64,000 nucleotides of DNA from Octopus sinensis (Eukaryota), in assembly GCF_006345805.1 (NCBI RefSeq), contig NC_043022.1:9858001-9922000 (forward strand). Reading direction: 5' to 3'. The position numbers and the translations under genes were made by a program. Positions 1 through 12,900 of this stretch are shown here, in pieces (position 1 is the first letter of the stretch; the number at the start of each line of letters is the position of its first letter). The notes beneath the pieces are model-generated. The model was given only the letters and a program-made list of their open reading frames with translations. It was not told where the DNA came from and ran no database searches.

Positions 1-1680
1 GTGGGATGGCACAACTGTGCCTTGACAGTCTCTCTCTTGAACAGGTAAAGCAGATCAGTAACACAACTACTATGCCTCTTTGGCCTCCAGTCTAGCTAGG
101 GGATATGATTTTCTCATAACCATTCAGGAGAATCAAGAAGGCCTGCACAATTTGTCCAGCTTGGTCTCTGTAGCAACCATCACATCTATACTATGTGACC
201 TGAGGTCGTTGAGGAAACATGCTTGCTTCCACTTCAAATTCAGGTCATGTACATTTAAGCATCCAATGCAGCCATTTGAAATAAAAAGGGGTGCTTACCT
301 GCCCTTTTATAGATGAAGGGGGATTAACCTCGGAGTTTCTGAGGTACTCTCCTCTTTTTCTCGTCCTCTCCTCATCTGACTCTATTGAGTCCACTGATTA
401 GTCAATCAACTTTGGTAACTCCATCAATTTAAAAATGTCTTTTGAATGTCTCATTTTCAAATCTTTAAAAAGATTTTCAGATTTTTTCTGTACATATATG
501 TATTTTCAATGTCGTTTTTATACAGGTGGGTAGTGTGATGTGGTTTTATGATCCTGTCAAGATAATTGTTTTTTCCACTATATTTTATATGAACACATTT
601 TGCAGGTGGGGGTGGGGTGGGTGTTAAAGTAAAGGGGCGAGCCTTGTTAATTTTGTTGTCTTTGTATGTGGTTCGTTTTTTTGTTGGGGTTGTAGGTTAT
701 GAGGGGGTGGGAGACACATTAAGTCTTTTAGTTCTTTTCCCTGTTACCATTTGGTATTCTGTTTCTTCTATTTCAACATTTGGTATGGCGGTCTTTGCTG
801 TTGGTGCTATTGCTGGCTCCACTTCCAGTACTGGTTCAATTTCAGTTATAGTTACAGGGTTTGCTTTAGTTACAGTTGCAGGATTTGATATATTTTCAGT
901 TGCAGTTTTCCCAACAATTTTCTCTTTTTGTTTTTTTTTTCAGGTTTTTCCATTTTCTTGGGAGGCTCACAAACTGTCCTCAAATACATTTTTTCCTGCA
1001 TTTGAAGCACTGAGGCCTCCTCCCTTCTGCTTGCACCTTTAGGATTATGTCTTCCCCCACGAACACCCAGTCAGGAATATTGCCTCAACCAATTTTGAGG
1101 AGGCAGATAGTGTAACTTATAAGATTTCCATCTTCTCTTCCCTTTGAAAGCACAGTGTGGCTAGCACCCATGCAACCTCAGTTTTGGGTGGCACTTTGTG
1201 TATTTTTATCTGGGACATTCTAAGTCCCAGATATGGAGGTAGAAGTGCCACCTCATCATTTTTCATTGCTCGCACAGAGTGCTCACAGGCCTTTTTGGTG
1301 TTTGAAAAACGTACCTCCACTGTCACATATTTTTTTGCCTCAGGCCAAATAAGTAATGTCTTTCCAAATTTGCCTGAGGCATTTTTCAATTTTTACCTCA
1401 GCTAGGTTTGTTATTCTTTTGTTTTTAACATCATAGCTTTTATAGATAATAGTTCTGTTTTTTTTTTGTCTGGGTTATTATTTCACTTGGGGGAGGGCGA
1501 TTTGCACATCACCCTCGTTTATCGTTAACATTCCATAGTTAGATTGTATCTCAGCCCTCGGGACTGAGACACGTTCCTGGTGAATAGCGGCTGCTGCGAA
1601 AATTTTGACAGTGACTCTTGTCATGTTTTTTTTTTCTTCTGTTATTGTTTCATCAATATCACTCTCTACGAGAGGCATGA
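1..1680 (-). mobile_element. Decayed L1/Tx1-type LINE, 5' part: ORF1 with CCHC zinc-knuckle remnant and start of ORF2 AP endonuclease
   Basis: Minus-strand translation gives 'VQAEGRRPQCFKCRKK..(fs)YLRTVC' near 1040-965, a gag-like knuckle. Near 275-145 it gives 'IGCLNVHDLNLKWKQACFLNDLRSHSIDVMVATETKLD', the APE N-terminal motifs. Stops and frameshifts are present, and the element runs off the window start. Confidence 0.75.
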
Positions 1681-1707
1681 TTTCGTTAAATAATATTGAC
1701 TGCCATT

Positions 1708-1885
1708 GCAGTGAAATGCTTAGCGGTATTTCGTCTGTCTTTATGTTTTGAATTCAAATTCTACCAAGGTTGATATTGCCTTTCATCCTTTCAGAGTGAA
1801 CATAATAAGTACCAGTTGCGTACTGAAATCAGTCTAATTGACTGGCCCCTTCCCCTAAAATTTTGGGTTTTGTGCCTAGAGAAAA
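1708..1885 (+). mobile_element. SINE family A copy (core GCCTTTCATCCTTTCGGGGTCGATAAA...AGTACCAG)
   Basis: Same core recurs at 8068-8790, 9152-9350, 10222-10452, 52382-52925 and 55507-55920. Confidence 0.75.
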
Positions 1886-2453
1886 ATATAATATATATTT
1901 TTAAACAAAATTATTTTTCTCAAAAAGGGAAAGAAAAGTAAACTGGATTTCTCTCAAAAGAGAAACACAGAAATGATTTTAATGTTCAAGTCTTTCCCCT
2001 GCCGGGGGAAAGAAGTTGGTTCAAAAGATCAACTTTTTTTGAAAAAATTCCTACAGTTCCCCCTATGGAGAACAAAAACATATTTAACAAAGTCCTGCTA
2101 AGCAGGAAACAGTCAACAATAAGTTACAATACCTCAATATATCTGGTGAAATAAATACAAACTCCTCCAGTCAAGTCAATGCTCTCACTGTTTGACCTCA
2201 ACTGTCTCCTGGCTTATCTAGTTAGAAGACTCATCCAGTCCACTGACAGTCATGTGCGGGGGTGTCACAATACACTATTTTTGTGGAGATTTCCAGTTCC
2301 AGTAGCCCTGTGTTGGACTGGTGTTTCATTCAGTAGGGGATGTTGGTCTGATTGCCTAGCCAGTGGGGTGTCATCATTCAAAAGCTACAATGTGAAGAAG
2401 GGGACTGTGACCAGTGATGTATAACAACATCTGATTGCTTGGTCAGTACAGTG

Positions 2454-2684
2454 ATATATATGTATATGTGTGTGTGCATGTATATATATGCATATATATG
2501 TATATATATGTATATATATATGTATATATATGTATATATATATGTATATATATGTATATATATATGTATATATATGTATATATATATGTATATATATGCA
2601 CATATATATGTATATATGCATATATATGTATATATATGCATATATATATGTATATATATATATATGTACATATATATATATATA
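2454..2684. repeat. (TA)n/(TATATG)n compound microsatellite (representative of many such tracts)
   Basis: Direct reading. Similar tracts at about 5194-5475, 16080-17075, 25617-25900, 30213-30965, 39300-39470, 41590-41772 and 53470-53670. Confidence 0.95.
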
Positions 2685-3702
2685 TCTCTTATTATAAAAG
2701 GCAGATTTTATCTGCCTCCCTTTGTAAGTTATAGAAATCTACAATATAGGATTTCTTCAATTACAATTTACCTAGCATTTTTAAGAGTAGAATGCATCGG
2801 GTCATGCCAGGTCCAGTTTTTAAAATTTAAACTCCAATTAAGCAAAATTTACAGAAAACTCACATTCTGGTGTGTATGTCAAATGCTTTTCTTAGTCTGG
2901 TTTACAGCACACGCAAACGCACACACACACAGTGTGCAACAAATAAAGTGAAACTAGATGTAATATTTAAAAAGAAAGCAGCAAACAGAAACAAATAAAT
3001 ACATAATGATTTACTCCTCACACAATTTCTTCAATTAGACTTTACCTATGATTTTTTAAAGAACTTCCATTGGTTCATGCCATACAAAATTTCTTTCAAT
3101 TTCACCCCCAATTAAGACAAAATTCGAGAAAACTCAATATTTTAACATTTCACTTTGAAGCCTTTACTCTGCCTATTACTCCCACTTCCTCATTAGACAC
3201 ATAGACACGCTAATATATACGACAGTGTCAATTGTTGACAGACATTGTAAGCTAACGTGTGTGTGTGTGTGTGTGTGCGCGTGTGTGTCTGTGTGTGTGT
3301 GTGTGCGTGTGTGTGAGGGTGCGTGTGTGTGTGACAGGGACGACCCATTCAGACAGGTCATCCTTTTTGCTAGAAGATCACCTATGCTACACCACTGGTT
3401 TTCAGTTCATATTAATCAAATTAATATTCACAAGAAGAAGGACTATTCATTATAATACATCAGTTCCATCGGACAACTGCACAAACATTTGCCATTTTAC
3501 ACATGTATGTAAACAAATTCCTTTCTTTTAGAATTTCAATTCATTTACTTTTTCAATTCATACAAAGTTATTTAGGACGAATATAACATCTAAAGTTATC
3601 TCTAAGAAGCAGAAAGATCGCCCAAAAGTGTATATAGATATTTAAATGTATTTATATATTCATCTATACACACATGTATGTATATATATATATATATATA
3701 TA

Positions 3703-3976
3703 CATACATAAGACAGTAAGGTGTGATTTGAGGGAGATTTGGCTGCTATTTCTACCATGTCTAGCTGCCATGTAGGGGTCTCCCTCATAGGCTCATACAT
3801 ACATATATACATAGATAAGACAGTAAGGTGTGATTTGGGGGAAATTTGGCTGCTATTTCTACCAGGTCTAGCTACCATGTAGAGGTCCCCCTCATTGGCT
3901 CATATATGTATACATACATACATAAGACAGTAAGGTGTGATTTGAGGGAGATTTGGCTGCTGTTTCTACCAGGTCT
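3703..3976. repeat. Three tandem ~105 bp copies of a dispersed repeat (ATAAGACAGTAAGGTGTGATTTGAGGGAGATTTGGCTGCTATTTCTA...)
   Basis: Unit restarts at about 3708, 3815 and 3922. A related dispersed copy is at about 7825-7900. Confidence 0.85.
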
Positions 3977-4296
3977 GTTAGGCCTTCTCATGTAAACTCA
4001 AGCTTTCTCATGCCTTGAACATAAGACCAAAGCAGAGAATGTATTCTTTTATTCTTCTGCTTTTTCCAGCCATTGGTCTGTGGCCATGCTGGGGCAATGC
4101 CTTGAAGAATTGTAGTTTAATGAATCAACTCCAGTTTTATTTTTGTAAGCATTGTACTTATTCTATCTGTTTCCTTTGTCAAACCACTAGGTGACAGGGA
4201 TGTAAACAAACCAACATTCGTTGTCAAGCAGTGGTGGAGGACAATCACAAGCACAGACATGCACACACACACACATACATGCATACACATATACAC

Positions 4297-4327
<31 letters not shown>

Positions 4328-4349
4328 TATATATGTGTGTATATATATA

Positions 4350-4606
4350 TTGCAGCGTGGAAGGTGTTTGTAAGCCATTTAAGAAACACAAAAACCGTTA
4401 GATTCACTTCAACATTTAAATTTAATTTGCCAAAATATTTTCCTCGCTTTGAGACCGCGACCTGTTCACTGACAAAAATATCGTGCTAACAGGTCGCGGT
4501 CTCAAAGCGACGAAAATATTTTGACAAATTAAATTTAAATGTTGAAGTGAATCTAACGGTTTTTGTGTGTTTCTTAAATGGCTTATAAACACCTTCAACG
4601 CTGCAA
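4350..4606. repeat. Long inverted repeat (~117 bp arms, ~21 bp spacer), Penelope-like terminus
   Basis: 4350-4466 is the near-perfect reverse complement of 4488-4606. Confidence 0.9.
4426..4476 (-). ncRNA. Type I hammerhead-like motif with G3:C8 swapped core
   Basis: RC reads TTTGTCA GTGAACA G GTCGC GGTCTCAAA GCGAG GAAA ATAT TT TGGCAAA. The mirror arm has GCGAC GAAA ATAT TT TGACAAA. Confidence 0.6.
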
Positions 4607-4683
4607 CTGTTTTCGTTCCAGCACACGATCTCAGATCAAGTCACTTGCTATGCAAGTACATCTCTGTAACTATATATATTTAT

Positions 4684-4735
<52 letters not shown>

Positions 4736-4798
4736 TGGTAAAAACAGTAAGATAACAAAAGAAAGAAAGAGACCTCAATATTATGTAAATAGAGGAAA

Positions 4799-5193
4799 TC
4801 TTTATATATAAAAGTGAGGTTGTGTGTCTGTCTCCTACGATTTAGATTTCTAACTACTCCCACATTTTGCGGTGCAGTTTAACCAAAACCGGGTATCTTA
4901 TAGTCGTGATTCATATCGAGACCGTCTGGGTATTAGCGCGCGTCTACGATGAGTCTACGATTTAAAAAAAAATTTACCATCAATTTTTCCCATTTTTAAT
5001 CCATTTTTGACATATATAAGGGAAGTAACTCTCTAAAATTTATTATTAAATCTCAGAACGTAAAAAGCTACAGTAACACCCCTCCCCCTTTGTGGTTAGC
5101 CATATTGAGATGGCTATTATACTTTACATCTCTAAAAATGCTTATATAATTATTTCCCTTACAAACCCGAGCAACGCCGGGCGATACTGCTAG
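4799..5193 (+). mobile_element. Non-autonomous Helitron
   Basis: A|TC 5' end, subterminal hairpin CCCGAGCAACGCCGGG (5166-5181), CTAG|T 3' end, no TSD. Confidence 0.8.
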
Positions 5194-5315
5194 TATATAT
5201 ATATATATGCATATATATGTATATATATATGCATATATATGTGCATATATGTGTGTGTATATATATATGCATATATATGTGCATATATGTGTGTATATAT
5301 ATATATATGCATATA

Positions 5316-5355
<40 letters not shown>

Positions 5356-5637
5356 TATATGTGTGTGTGTATATATATATATATATATAATATATATATA
5401 TGCATATATGTGTGTGTGTATATATATATATGCATATATGTGTGTGTGTGTATATATATGTATGTATGTATGTATAGTAATGTTTTTTGGACATTATAAC
5501 ATGGCTGTTCTATAAAGAACTATGGTACTACATTCTAGCTCCAGGAAAATGTCTTTTCCGGCTGATTAGCAATGTCCAATCTGTGTCTGGTTCATTGTGA
5601 GTAAGGGAGCGAATCAATCCTCTCCAGCTTGGCAAGA

Positions 5638-5682
5638 TCAGTAGACCATAGTTTCTGGGTCTTTATCCTTCATCAGTACTGA
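5638..5682 (-). ncRNA. Type I hammerhead-like motif, GUC site
   Basis: RC reads TCAGTA CTGATGA AGGATAAAGACCCA GAAAC TATG GTC TACTGA. Stem I is 6 bp and the core is intact; stem II is weak. Confidence 0.65.
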
Positions 5683-5869
5683 ACACCTGCCTGCTAGAGA
5701 TGGCAGTCACTTGCCCCTACTCACAATATGTAAACAGAGAAGCAGCAGACAGCCGCTGATCTCATAAGGTGCAAAATAGCTAGTTCTAAGATCTCTAAAC
5801 GAGATATGAGTAGTAACAATACTAGATGGTAAGGTTTTTTTGCCATTATGTGTGTGTGTGTGAATATGT

Positions 5870-6400
5870 CAGGTCACTTTTGAGTGCTACTGGTAACATG
5901 TAACCCAGTACAACCTGTTGCATGGTCGGGTCGTCGGCGACTAAACCGGCAACCCCACCAAGCTTGCTTGATGAGGAGGGTGTTTATTGGACACTCTGCG
6001 GGATGAAAAACAAAACCCGTCAAAGGCCGGAGGAACTCTTGAGAGTCAATGGCCATCCAATAAATGTCTTAAGGCTGTATCATGCACAGGGACATAGAAA
6101 TAATCGGACTGAATACCTGATTGCACGGTTAAACCATTAGGAGTGAAGGACCCCTAGCCTTTGTTAGGGCATCCTTCTAGAAGAAGATAACTTGGGTAAC
6201 TGAGATAACTCCGACATAAAACCTGCGGCTCAGTAGTTACCGATGATGTTGACTTGTTCTTCTTTTCGGATTATGGCTGCTGTTGCTTAGTGAGTGGGAT
6301 TGACACAGTGCACAGCCTTTCTTCACTTTAAAAAAAATCTTCTTGCACAGGCATTGCACGATAACAACATTGATTAAGCTTCGTGCAATGGCCATACTCG
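5870..6400 (+). mobile_element. GC-richer interspersed repeat, possibly the 5' UTR of an RTE-type LINE
   Basis: Composition shift and no ORF. The resemblance to LINE 5' UTRs is by recollection only. Confidence 0.3.
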
Positions 6401-6516
6401 ATAACAAGGGGACAGCCACCATATATGTATATGTATATACATATATATATATATATATATTTTATTTATATTTTTATCTAGTTTCACCTCACAAGTTGTG
6501 GCCATGCTGGGGCACC

Positions 6517-6557
<41 letters not shown>

Positions 6558-6648
6558 TACTGTTCTGTGAGAAAAAAGTCAACTAAAAAAAACTCCATCT
6601 AGTGTGAGATAAATATTATTTATTTAAAGGACACAATACATGTGTTTA

Positions 6649-6705
6649 TGTGCTACTAATAGTTTCATATGTTGACAAATATCTCAAACATATTCATTAG
6701 GCACA
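6649..6705 (-). ncRNA. Type I hammerhead-like motif (G5A core mutation), GUA site
   Basis: RC reads TGTGC CTAATGA ATATGTT...AACATAT GAAAC TATTA GTA GCACA. Confidence 0.6.
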
Positions 6706-7031
6706 AACCACTTATTCATAATGAAGTAAAAAAATTGAATAAGTGAAGAAATGTGAAAAAAATTGAGAAGGCAGCATATAGAAGACATGGAAGGTTAAGA
6801 AACATCTATGAATGTGATGAACAATAGGTGACACAAAATATATTTTGTTAGACTAATGATTATGGATTAAATATCTTTAATCGGTCTCAGACCTGTCTTT
6901 TGAGTACATTATTCTAAGTGACCAGACATAGCTTCTTTTGGAACATGACACTCAGTTGGAATATACACACACACAGATAAATATAGAAATATATATATAA
7001 CCATATATATATATATATATACATTCATATA

Positions 7032-7075
<44 letters not shown>

Positions 7076-7627
7076 TATATATATGTGTTATATATAAAAT
7101 AATGAAGGTGACTATACACAATATAAAACCAAAAAGGAAAAATTCAATTATCACTAATTGTGACTGAGGGTGTATGGTAGCACCTACATTGCTAGAAATA
7201 AAAGTTAAAAACCCTTAGAGCCACAAGAAAGCACATTTTTATACAGTGACATACATACACATATATAATATATATATAAATATATTTATATATCACCTCT
7301 ATCTCTCCCTCACCCTTTCACTCACCTCACTCACTATAATTGTCTCCTCCTCCTGCTTCTCTGTAATCTCTCCTCCAACCATCTGTTCTTCATTTCCTGA
7401 ATCTTCTTCAATGACAGAAGAAGAATAAAATACAAAATGATAGTCAAGACCATTTCATTGAGGAGACTGGCAGGAAAAAATCGAAGATGGAAGTATGAAT
7501 AATTTAAGACTAAGTCAGACAGAGTGGCCTTAACAACAACAGCAAAGGAAAAAAAGAAAAAAAGCTACTACTGCTACTGTGACCACCACTACTACAGCTG
7601 TTGCTCTTGCTGCTGCTGCTGCTGCTG

Positions 7628-7679
<52 letters not shown>

Positions 7680-8067
7680 CACCACCACTACTACGAATAC
7701 TAGTGGTAGCAGCAGTAATGAGAACAACACCAATAACAACAACAGTATGAACCTCAGGGTGCCATCATAAAGGTTGCTGAATTGCATTATCTAAATTGCC
7801 ATGTCCTTACATAAAATGGTAGGATGGGATTTGAGGGAGATTTTGCTACTATTTCTAGCAGGTCATGCAGCAACACAGAAGCTCCCTTCATCAGTTGTCT
7901 ATTGAAGACCTAGGTGTGATTTTCATAACTAGTTGACTTTTTTTTTGCCCTTGCACTGCTTCAGCCCCAGAAAGTTATTGCACTCATCACCATTGTATAT
8001 ATATAACTCCCACAAAGTATTGGAATTGTTGGATCATGGGTCCTCTTTGGACATTCTCAATAATAAT

Positions 8068-8790
8068 GGTTTCAAATTTTGGTACAAGGCCAGCAATTTT
8101 GGGGGAGAGGGAATGTTAATAACATCGACCTCAGTACTCAACTGGTACTTAATTTATTGACCTTGAAATGAAGAAAAGGCAGAGTTGACCTCGGCAGAAT
8201 TTGAACTCAGAATGGGATGAAATGCTGCTAAGCATTTTAATGAGGGATCCAATGATTCTACCAGTTCGCTACCTGAATAATAATAGTAATAATAATAATA
8301 ATAATGATAGTAATAATAATAATAATGATAATAGCAATAATAATAGTAATAATAATAATGATAGTAATGATGATGATGATGATGATGATAATAATAGTTT
8401 CAAATTTTGACACAAGGTTAGCAATTTTTGGGGAGGGGTTAAGTTGATTAGATCGACCCCAGTGCTCAACTGGTACCTATTTTATTGACCCTGAGAGGAT
8501 GAAAGGCAAAGTCAACCTTGGCAGAAGTTGAACTCAGGACATATAAGAACAGATGAAATAATGATGATGTTGATGATAATAATAATAATAATAATAATCT
8601 CAAATTTTGGCACAAGGCCAGCAATTTTGGGGGAGGTGTAAGTCAATTACATTGACCCCAGTACTCAACTGTTACTCTTTTTATTGACTCCAAAAGAATG
8701 AAAGGCAAAGTTGACCTCTGCCAAATTTGAACCCAGAATATAAAGAGGGATGAAATGTTTAATGGCATTTCATTGGGTGTGCTTGTTCGC
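8068..8790 (-). mobile_element. Three head-to-tail SINE family A copies separated by (AAT)n tails
   Basis: Unit CAAATTTTGG(T/C)ACAAGGCCAGCAATTTT...GAAAGGCAAAGTTGACCTC repeats at about 8070, 8400 and 8600. Confidence 0.8.
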
Positions 8791-10221
8791 TCATTACCTC
8801 ACCATCCTTGGTGATATCAGCATTATGAATATTTAGAATTAAATTAGTCATGCAATTTTGTTGCTTCCAATGAATAAGTACACACTCTTTTGTTATTGTG
8901 TATCAGGAGAGTCATTATGCCATTTAAAAACATGTGCTGATTCAACTTGCAATGCTTTTTGTCAACACAAAGCTATTATATAAGTTACTTACCCAAGGTC
9001 CTATACAGTGTGACTGAACCCAGAACCATGGAGTTTGGAAGCAAACATCTTACCACACAGCCATGAATGCATCTATTTCCTTATCATTTTTTCTACTTTA
9101 AGTTAGAGGAAAATGTTTGTGGTCATTACAGGTAGCACAAGTACATTTATTCTTTTCTACTCTAGGCACAAGGCCTGAAATTTTGGGGGAGGGGGCCAGA
9201 CCCCAGTATGTAACTGGTACTTAATTTATCGACCCTGAAAAGATGAAAGGCAAAGTTGACCTCAGTGGAATTTGAACTTGGAATGTAAAGACACGAAATA
9301 CCGCTAAGCATTTTGCCCGGCGTGCTAACGTTTCTGCCAGCTCAACACCTTTCAAGTATATTTATTCATCATATCCATTTCACTTCCACTTTTCCATGCT
9401 TGCATGGGTCAGACGAAATTAGTTGAGGCAGATTTTTTATGGCTGGATGCCCTTCCTCTTGCCAGCCATTACTTGATTCCATGCAAGGTAAAATATTTTT
9501 GTGGCTAAACATGTTTTTTACGAAAGGCTGAAAAGCAAACAACACCACTTGTATGGCAGTAATGCTCCTTTACATCTATCACATGATGTGAAGACAAGGG
9601 TACACAAAACACACACACACTAATATCTACCTACACACATGTGCACACACCCATGTACTCACAAACACACAATGTGCACACATAGATATACACACACACA
9701 CACATGTGCACACACACGTGCACACACACATGTGCCCACACACACACACACATGTGCCCACACACACACACACACAGACACAAACACACACACACACACA
9801 CACACACAATATGCACATATGATGGAATTCCTTGTTGAAGACAATGTCTGAGTGTTCAGTTTTTGCTGAATGACTTGCCATTTGTTCATAGTGATCGAAT
9901 ATATGTGCTGTGCATTAGCTGACTCCTTCCATCAAACTGATATTGCCTGTATGGGTGCACAAGTGTGTCACATGTAATACTTCGAAATGATTGCAGAGCC
10001 ATGTGTGAAGTGAAGTGTTTTGCTCAAGAACACAATGCACTGCCTGCATCCAGGAATTGAACCCACGATCTAGTAATTGTGAATGCAATACCGTAACCAC
10101 TAGGCCATGTACCTTCACAAATATACACACACACACATGATGGGCTTCTTTCAGTTTCCATCAGCCAAATCCACTCTTAGGACTTCATTAGCCTTGGGCT
10201 ATGATAGAAGATACTTGTCCT

Positions 10222-10452
10222 TAAGGTGGTGAGCTGGCAGAAACGTTAGCATGCCGGGCGAAATGATTAGCGGTATTTCGTCAGCTGTTATGTTCTGAGT
10301 TCAAATTCTGCCGAGGTCGACTTTGCCTTTCATCCTTTTGGGGTTGATAAATTAAATACCAGTTATGCACTGGGGTCAATGTAATCGACTTAATCCCTTT
10401 GTCCTTGTTTGTCCTTTCTGTGTTTAGCCCCTTGTGGGCAATAAAGAAATAA
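10222..10452 (+). mobile_element. SINE family A copy nested inside a SINE family B copy
   Basis: Flanked by the imperfect direct repeat AAGATACTT(G)TCCTT. The host SINE-B sequence resumes after the insertion. Confidence 0.75.
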
Positions 10453-10669
10453 GATACTTTCCTTCGTGCCACACTGTAGGACTGAAACAGAAATCACATG
10501 GATGGGAAGCAAGTTTCTTAACTACACAGTCATACCTGTACCCAACTATACTAGTAATCAATAATTAACTACACTCGTTAAACATTAAAGAAAACAGTAA
10601 AAACAAACATCTTAAAGCATAGAGCTGAATAAACAAATTAGACCGAATATATTGGGGTGTTAGACAAGA

Positions 10670-10900
10670 TTAATCCTTTTGATAGCAACCTGCCTGAGAT
10701 TCCTTGTGATCCTATGAGACAAACTTCTCATCTAAAGTGAGTTAAATTAAAACCTGCCATCAAAATTTAATGTTAACTTATGTTTCAGAACTCAAGCTTA
10801 ATGATGACAAAGTTATTTTACTAAATTATTCATTATTTTCAAAATTGATTGAACAAAGTCAGTATAATTTAATATAGAAATTTGGTAATGAGATGAGTAA
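10670..10900 (+). mobile_element. piggyBac-type MITE (TTAA-CCC termini), decayed
   Basis: Homologous to 34572-34787 and 60175-60394. Confidence 0.55.
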
Positions 10901-11518
10901 ATTAATGTCAGTCATTTAAGCTGTCTTCCAAGAACATTATCCTACTTTCAACTGACATCTAATTTTGTTAGAAGCATAGTTTCTTAGTCAGTTCAGAGTT
11001 GCCTCTCTTTGGTATCTGGTGCTGATGAGAACAAATAATTCAAAATACATGTAGCCATCAGTGCAAGAGAAGACACTTTCAGCTGAGTATGATGTTTTAA
11101 CACTTTATTATTTCAAACAAAAAAATTCTTTTCCATAACAAAGTGTAACGAAAAGCATAATTCTGTTTGTTTCAATCATTTGACTGTAGCCATACTGTGG
11201 CATCAGCTTCTGTGAGTGATTCATTCACCTAAGTCCAATGTTTATTTTATCGATTGGTATATATTTTATTAGCTTAAGAAAGACAAAGGACCAAGTGTAC
11301 CAAGGCCAGATTCATAATTATCACATGAGGTGATCTAATGAAATATCACAAAATATTTTAACCGAATGCTCTACTGATTCTCTAGATATTTTGTTATTCT
11401 TGATTTAGAAAAAATAGGGAACTAAAGAAATAGCTCTTTCTAATCTTGGCGCAAGGCAACCAATTTTGAGGGGAGAGGGTACATTGATTACATCAGCCTC
11501 AGCATTTGACTGACATAC

Positions 11519-11737
11519 TCTTTTACTCTTTTACTTTTTCAGTCATTTGACTGTGGTCATGCTGGAGCACTGCCTTTAGTTGAGCAAATCGACCCCAGGA
11601 CTTATTTTTTATAAGCCTAGTACTTATTCTATCGATCTCTTTTGCCAAACCGCTAAGTTACGGGGACGTAAATACACCAGCATTGGTTGTCAAGTGATGT
11701 TGGGGGACAAACACAGACACACAAACATATACACACG

Positions 11738-11781
<44 letters not shown>

Positions 11782-11945
11782 CACACACATACATATATAC
11801 GACGGGCTTCTTTCAGTTTCCGTCTACCAAATCCACTCACAAGGCTTTGGTCACCCCAAGGCTATAGTAGAAGACATTTGTCCAAGGTGCTACGTAGTGG
11901 GACTGAACCTGGAACCATGTGGTTCATAAGCAAGCTACTTACCAC
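11519..11945 (-). mobile_element. SINE family B (tRNA-like head, internal microsatellite, (GAGTAAAA)n tail)
   Basis: Near full-length copy. The family recurs more than 12 times (e.g. 18280-18645, 37000-37370, 45993-46387, 50582-50980, 54672-55030, 55972-56360, 58207-58585). Confidence 0.85.
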
Positions 11946-12208
11946 TGCCAGCCCATCATCTTAACTTCAAAAGAAATAATTCTTTCTTATTTTCACACAT
12001 GGCCAGCAATTTTACTGCGAGGGGCAAGTCAATTACTTCAACTCCCAGTACATTTATCCCCTAAAAGGATAAAAGGCAAAGTTGACCTCAACAGAATTTG
12101 AACTGGAGTGTAAAGCTGGAAGAAATGCCACTTAGCATTTTGCCCACTATGCTAACAATTGTGCCAGTTTGTTACCTTAACTACAGAAATAATAAAACAG
12201 AATATTTA

Positions 12209-12900
12209 TATTAGGGTTGTCAGATAAATTCCTCCGTTTTTATCTGTTTTAATTCTTATTTGTCAACAACAGTTTTAACAAATCAGTCAATAATATATTC
12301 TCCTTCATTGTTCATGACTTCTTGTCAATATTTGACAAGCTTGTCAATGCCTTGATGATAGAAATCAGTGGCTCTTGAAGTGAAGAATTCATTGAGCTAT
12401 GTTGTCAGCTCTACATCATTATTGAATGAAATGCCTCACAGACTCTTGGAGAGTGACCAAAAGAAAAAAAAGAAATAGAGATAATCTGAAGGTGCTATAC
12501 CAGGAGAATATGATTGATGTAGTAGAACTTCCCAAATGAGTTCTTGAATAACATTTTTGGTCAAATTAGTATCATGGTGGTGTGAGTGTCATTGTGGTGC
12601 TGAAGTATTCTGTGTTGTAAACCAGATTGTTTGGATGTCACCCATCAAGTAAAGTGATGGTACCATGGATATATTCCATCTTCTGGGCCAGTTTCCAAGT
12701 GGATAAACATGGATCCTCATGGATGAGTTGGTTCAAGATCATTGAATTGAACGGGTTGGCCAAGATGTGGAGTGTTTGTGAGGTTAAATTTTCTCTCCTT
12801 GTGGCATGAAAACCATTTCTGTGCAGTTCTTTCAGTAACAGCACCTTCTCCATACACAGCACAAATGTCTCAAGTGGCTTTGGCAGCTTTGGAACCTTAA
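12209..12900 (-). mobile_element. Mariner transposase remnant
   Basis: Minus strand gives 'YSPGIAPSDY' (YSPDLAPSD motif) and C-terminal 'FYHQGIDKLVKY*QEVMNNEGEYIID'. Confidence 0.8.

Noticed and set aside
617-1042. Hydrophobic 141 aa 'membrane protein' ORF
   Set aside because: Antisense shadow of the LINE ORF1 low-complexity region
7825-7900. CTGATGA...GAAA on the minus strand (family also at 3703-3976)
   Set aside because: Stem I and stem II cannot be paired convincingly; at most a decayed hammerhead
11016-11061. CTGATGA GAAC..ATTC AAAA hammerhead-like stretch
   Set aside because: GAAA is broken and stem I is out of register
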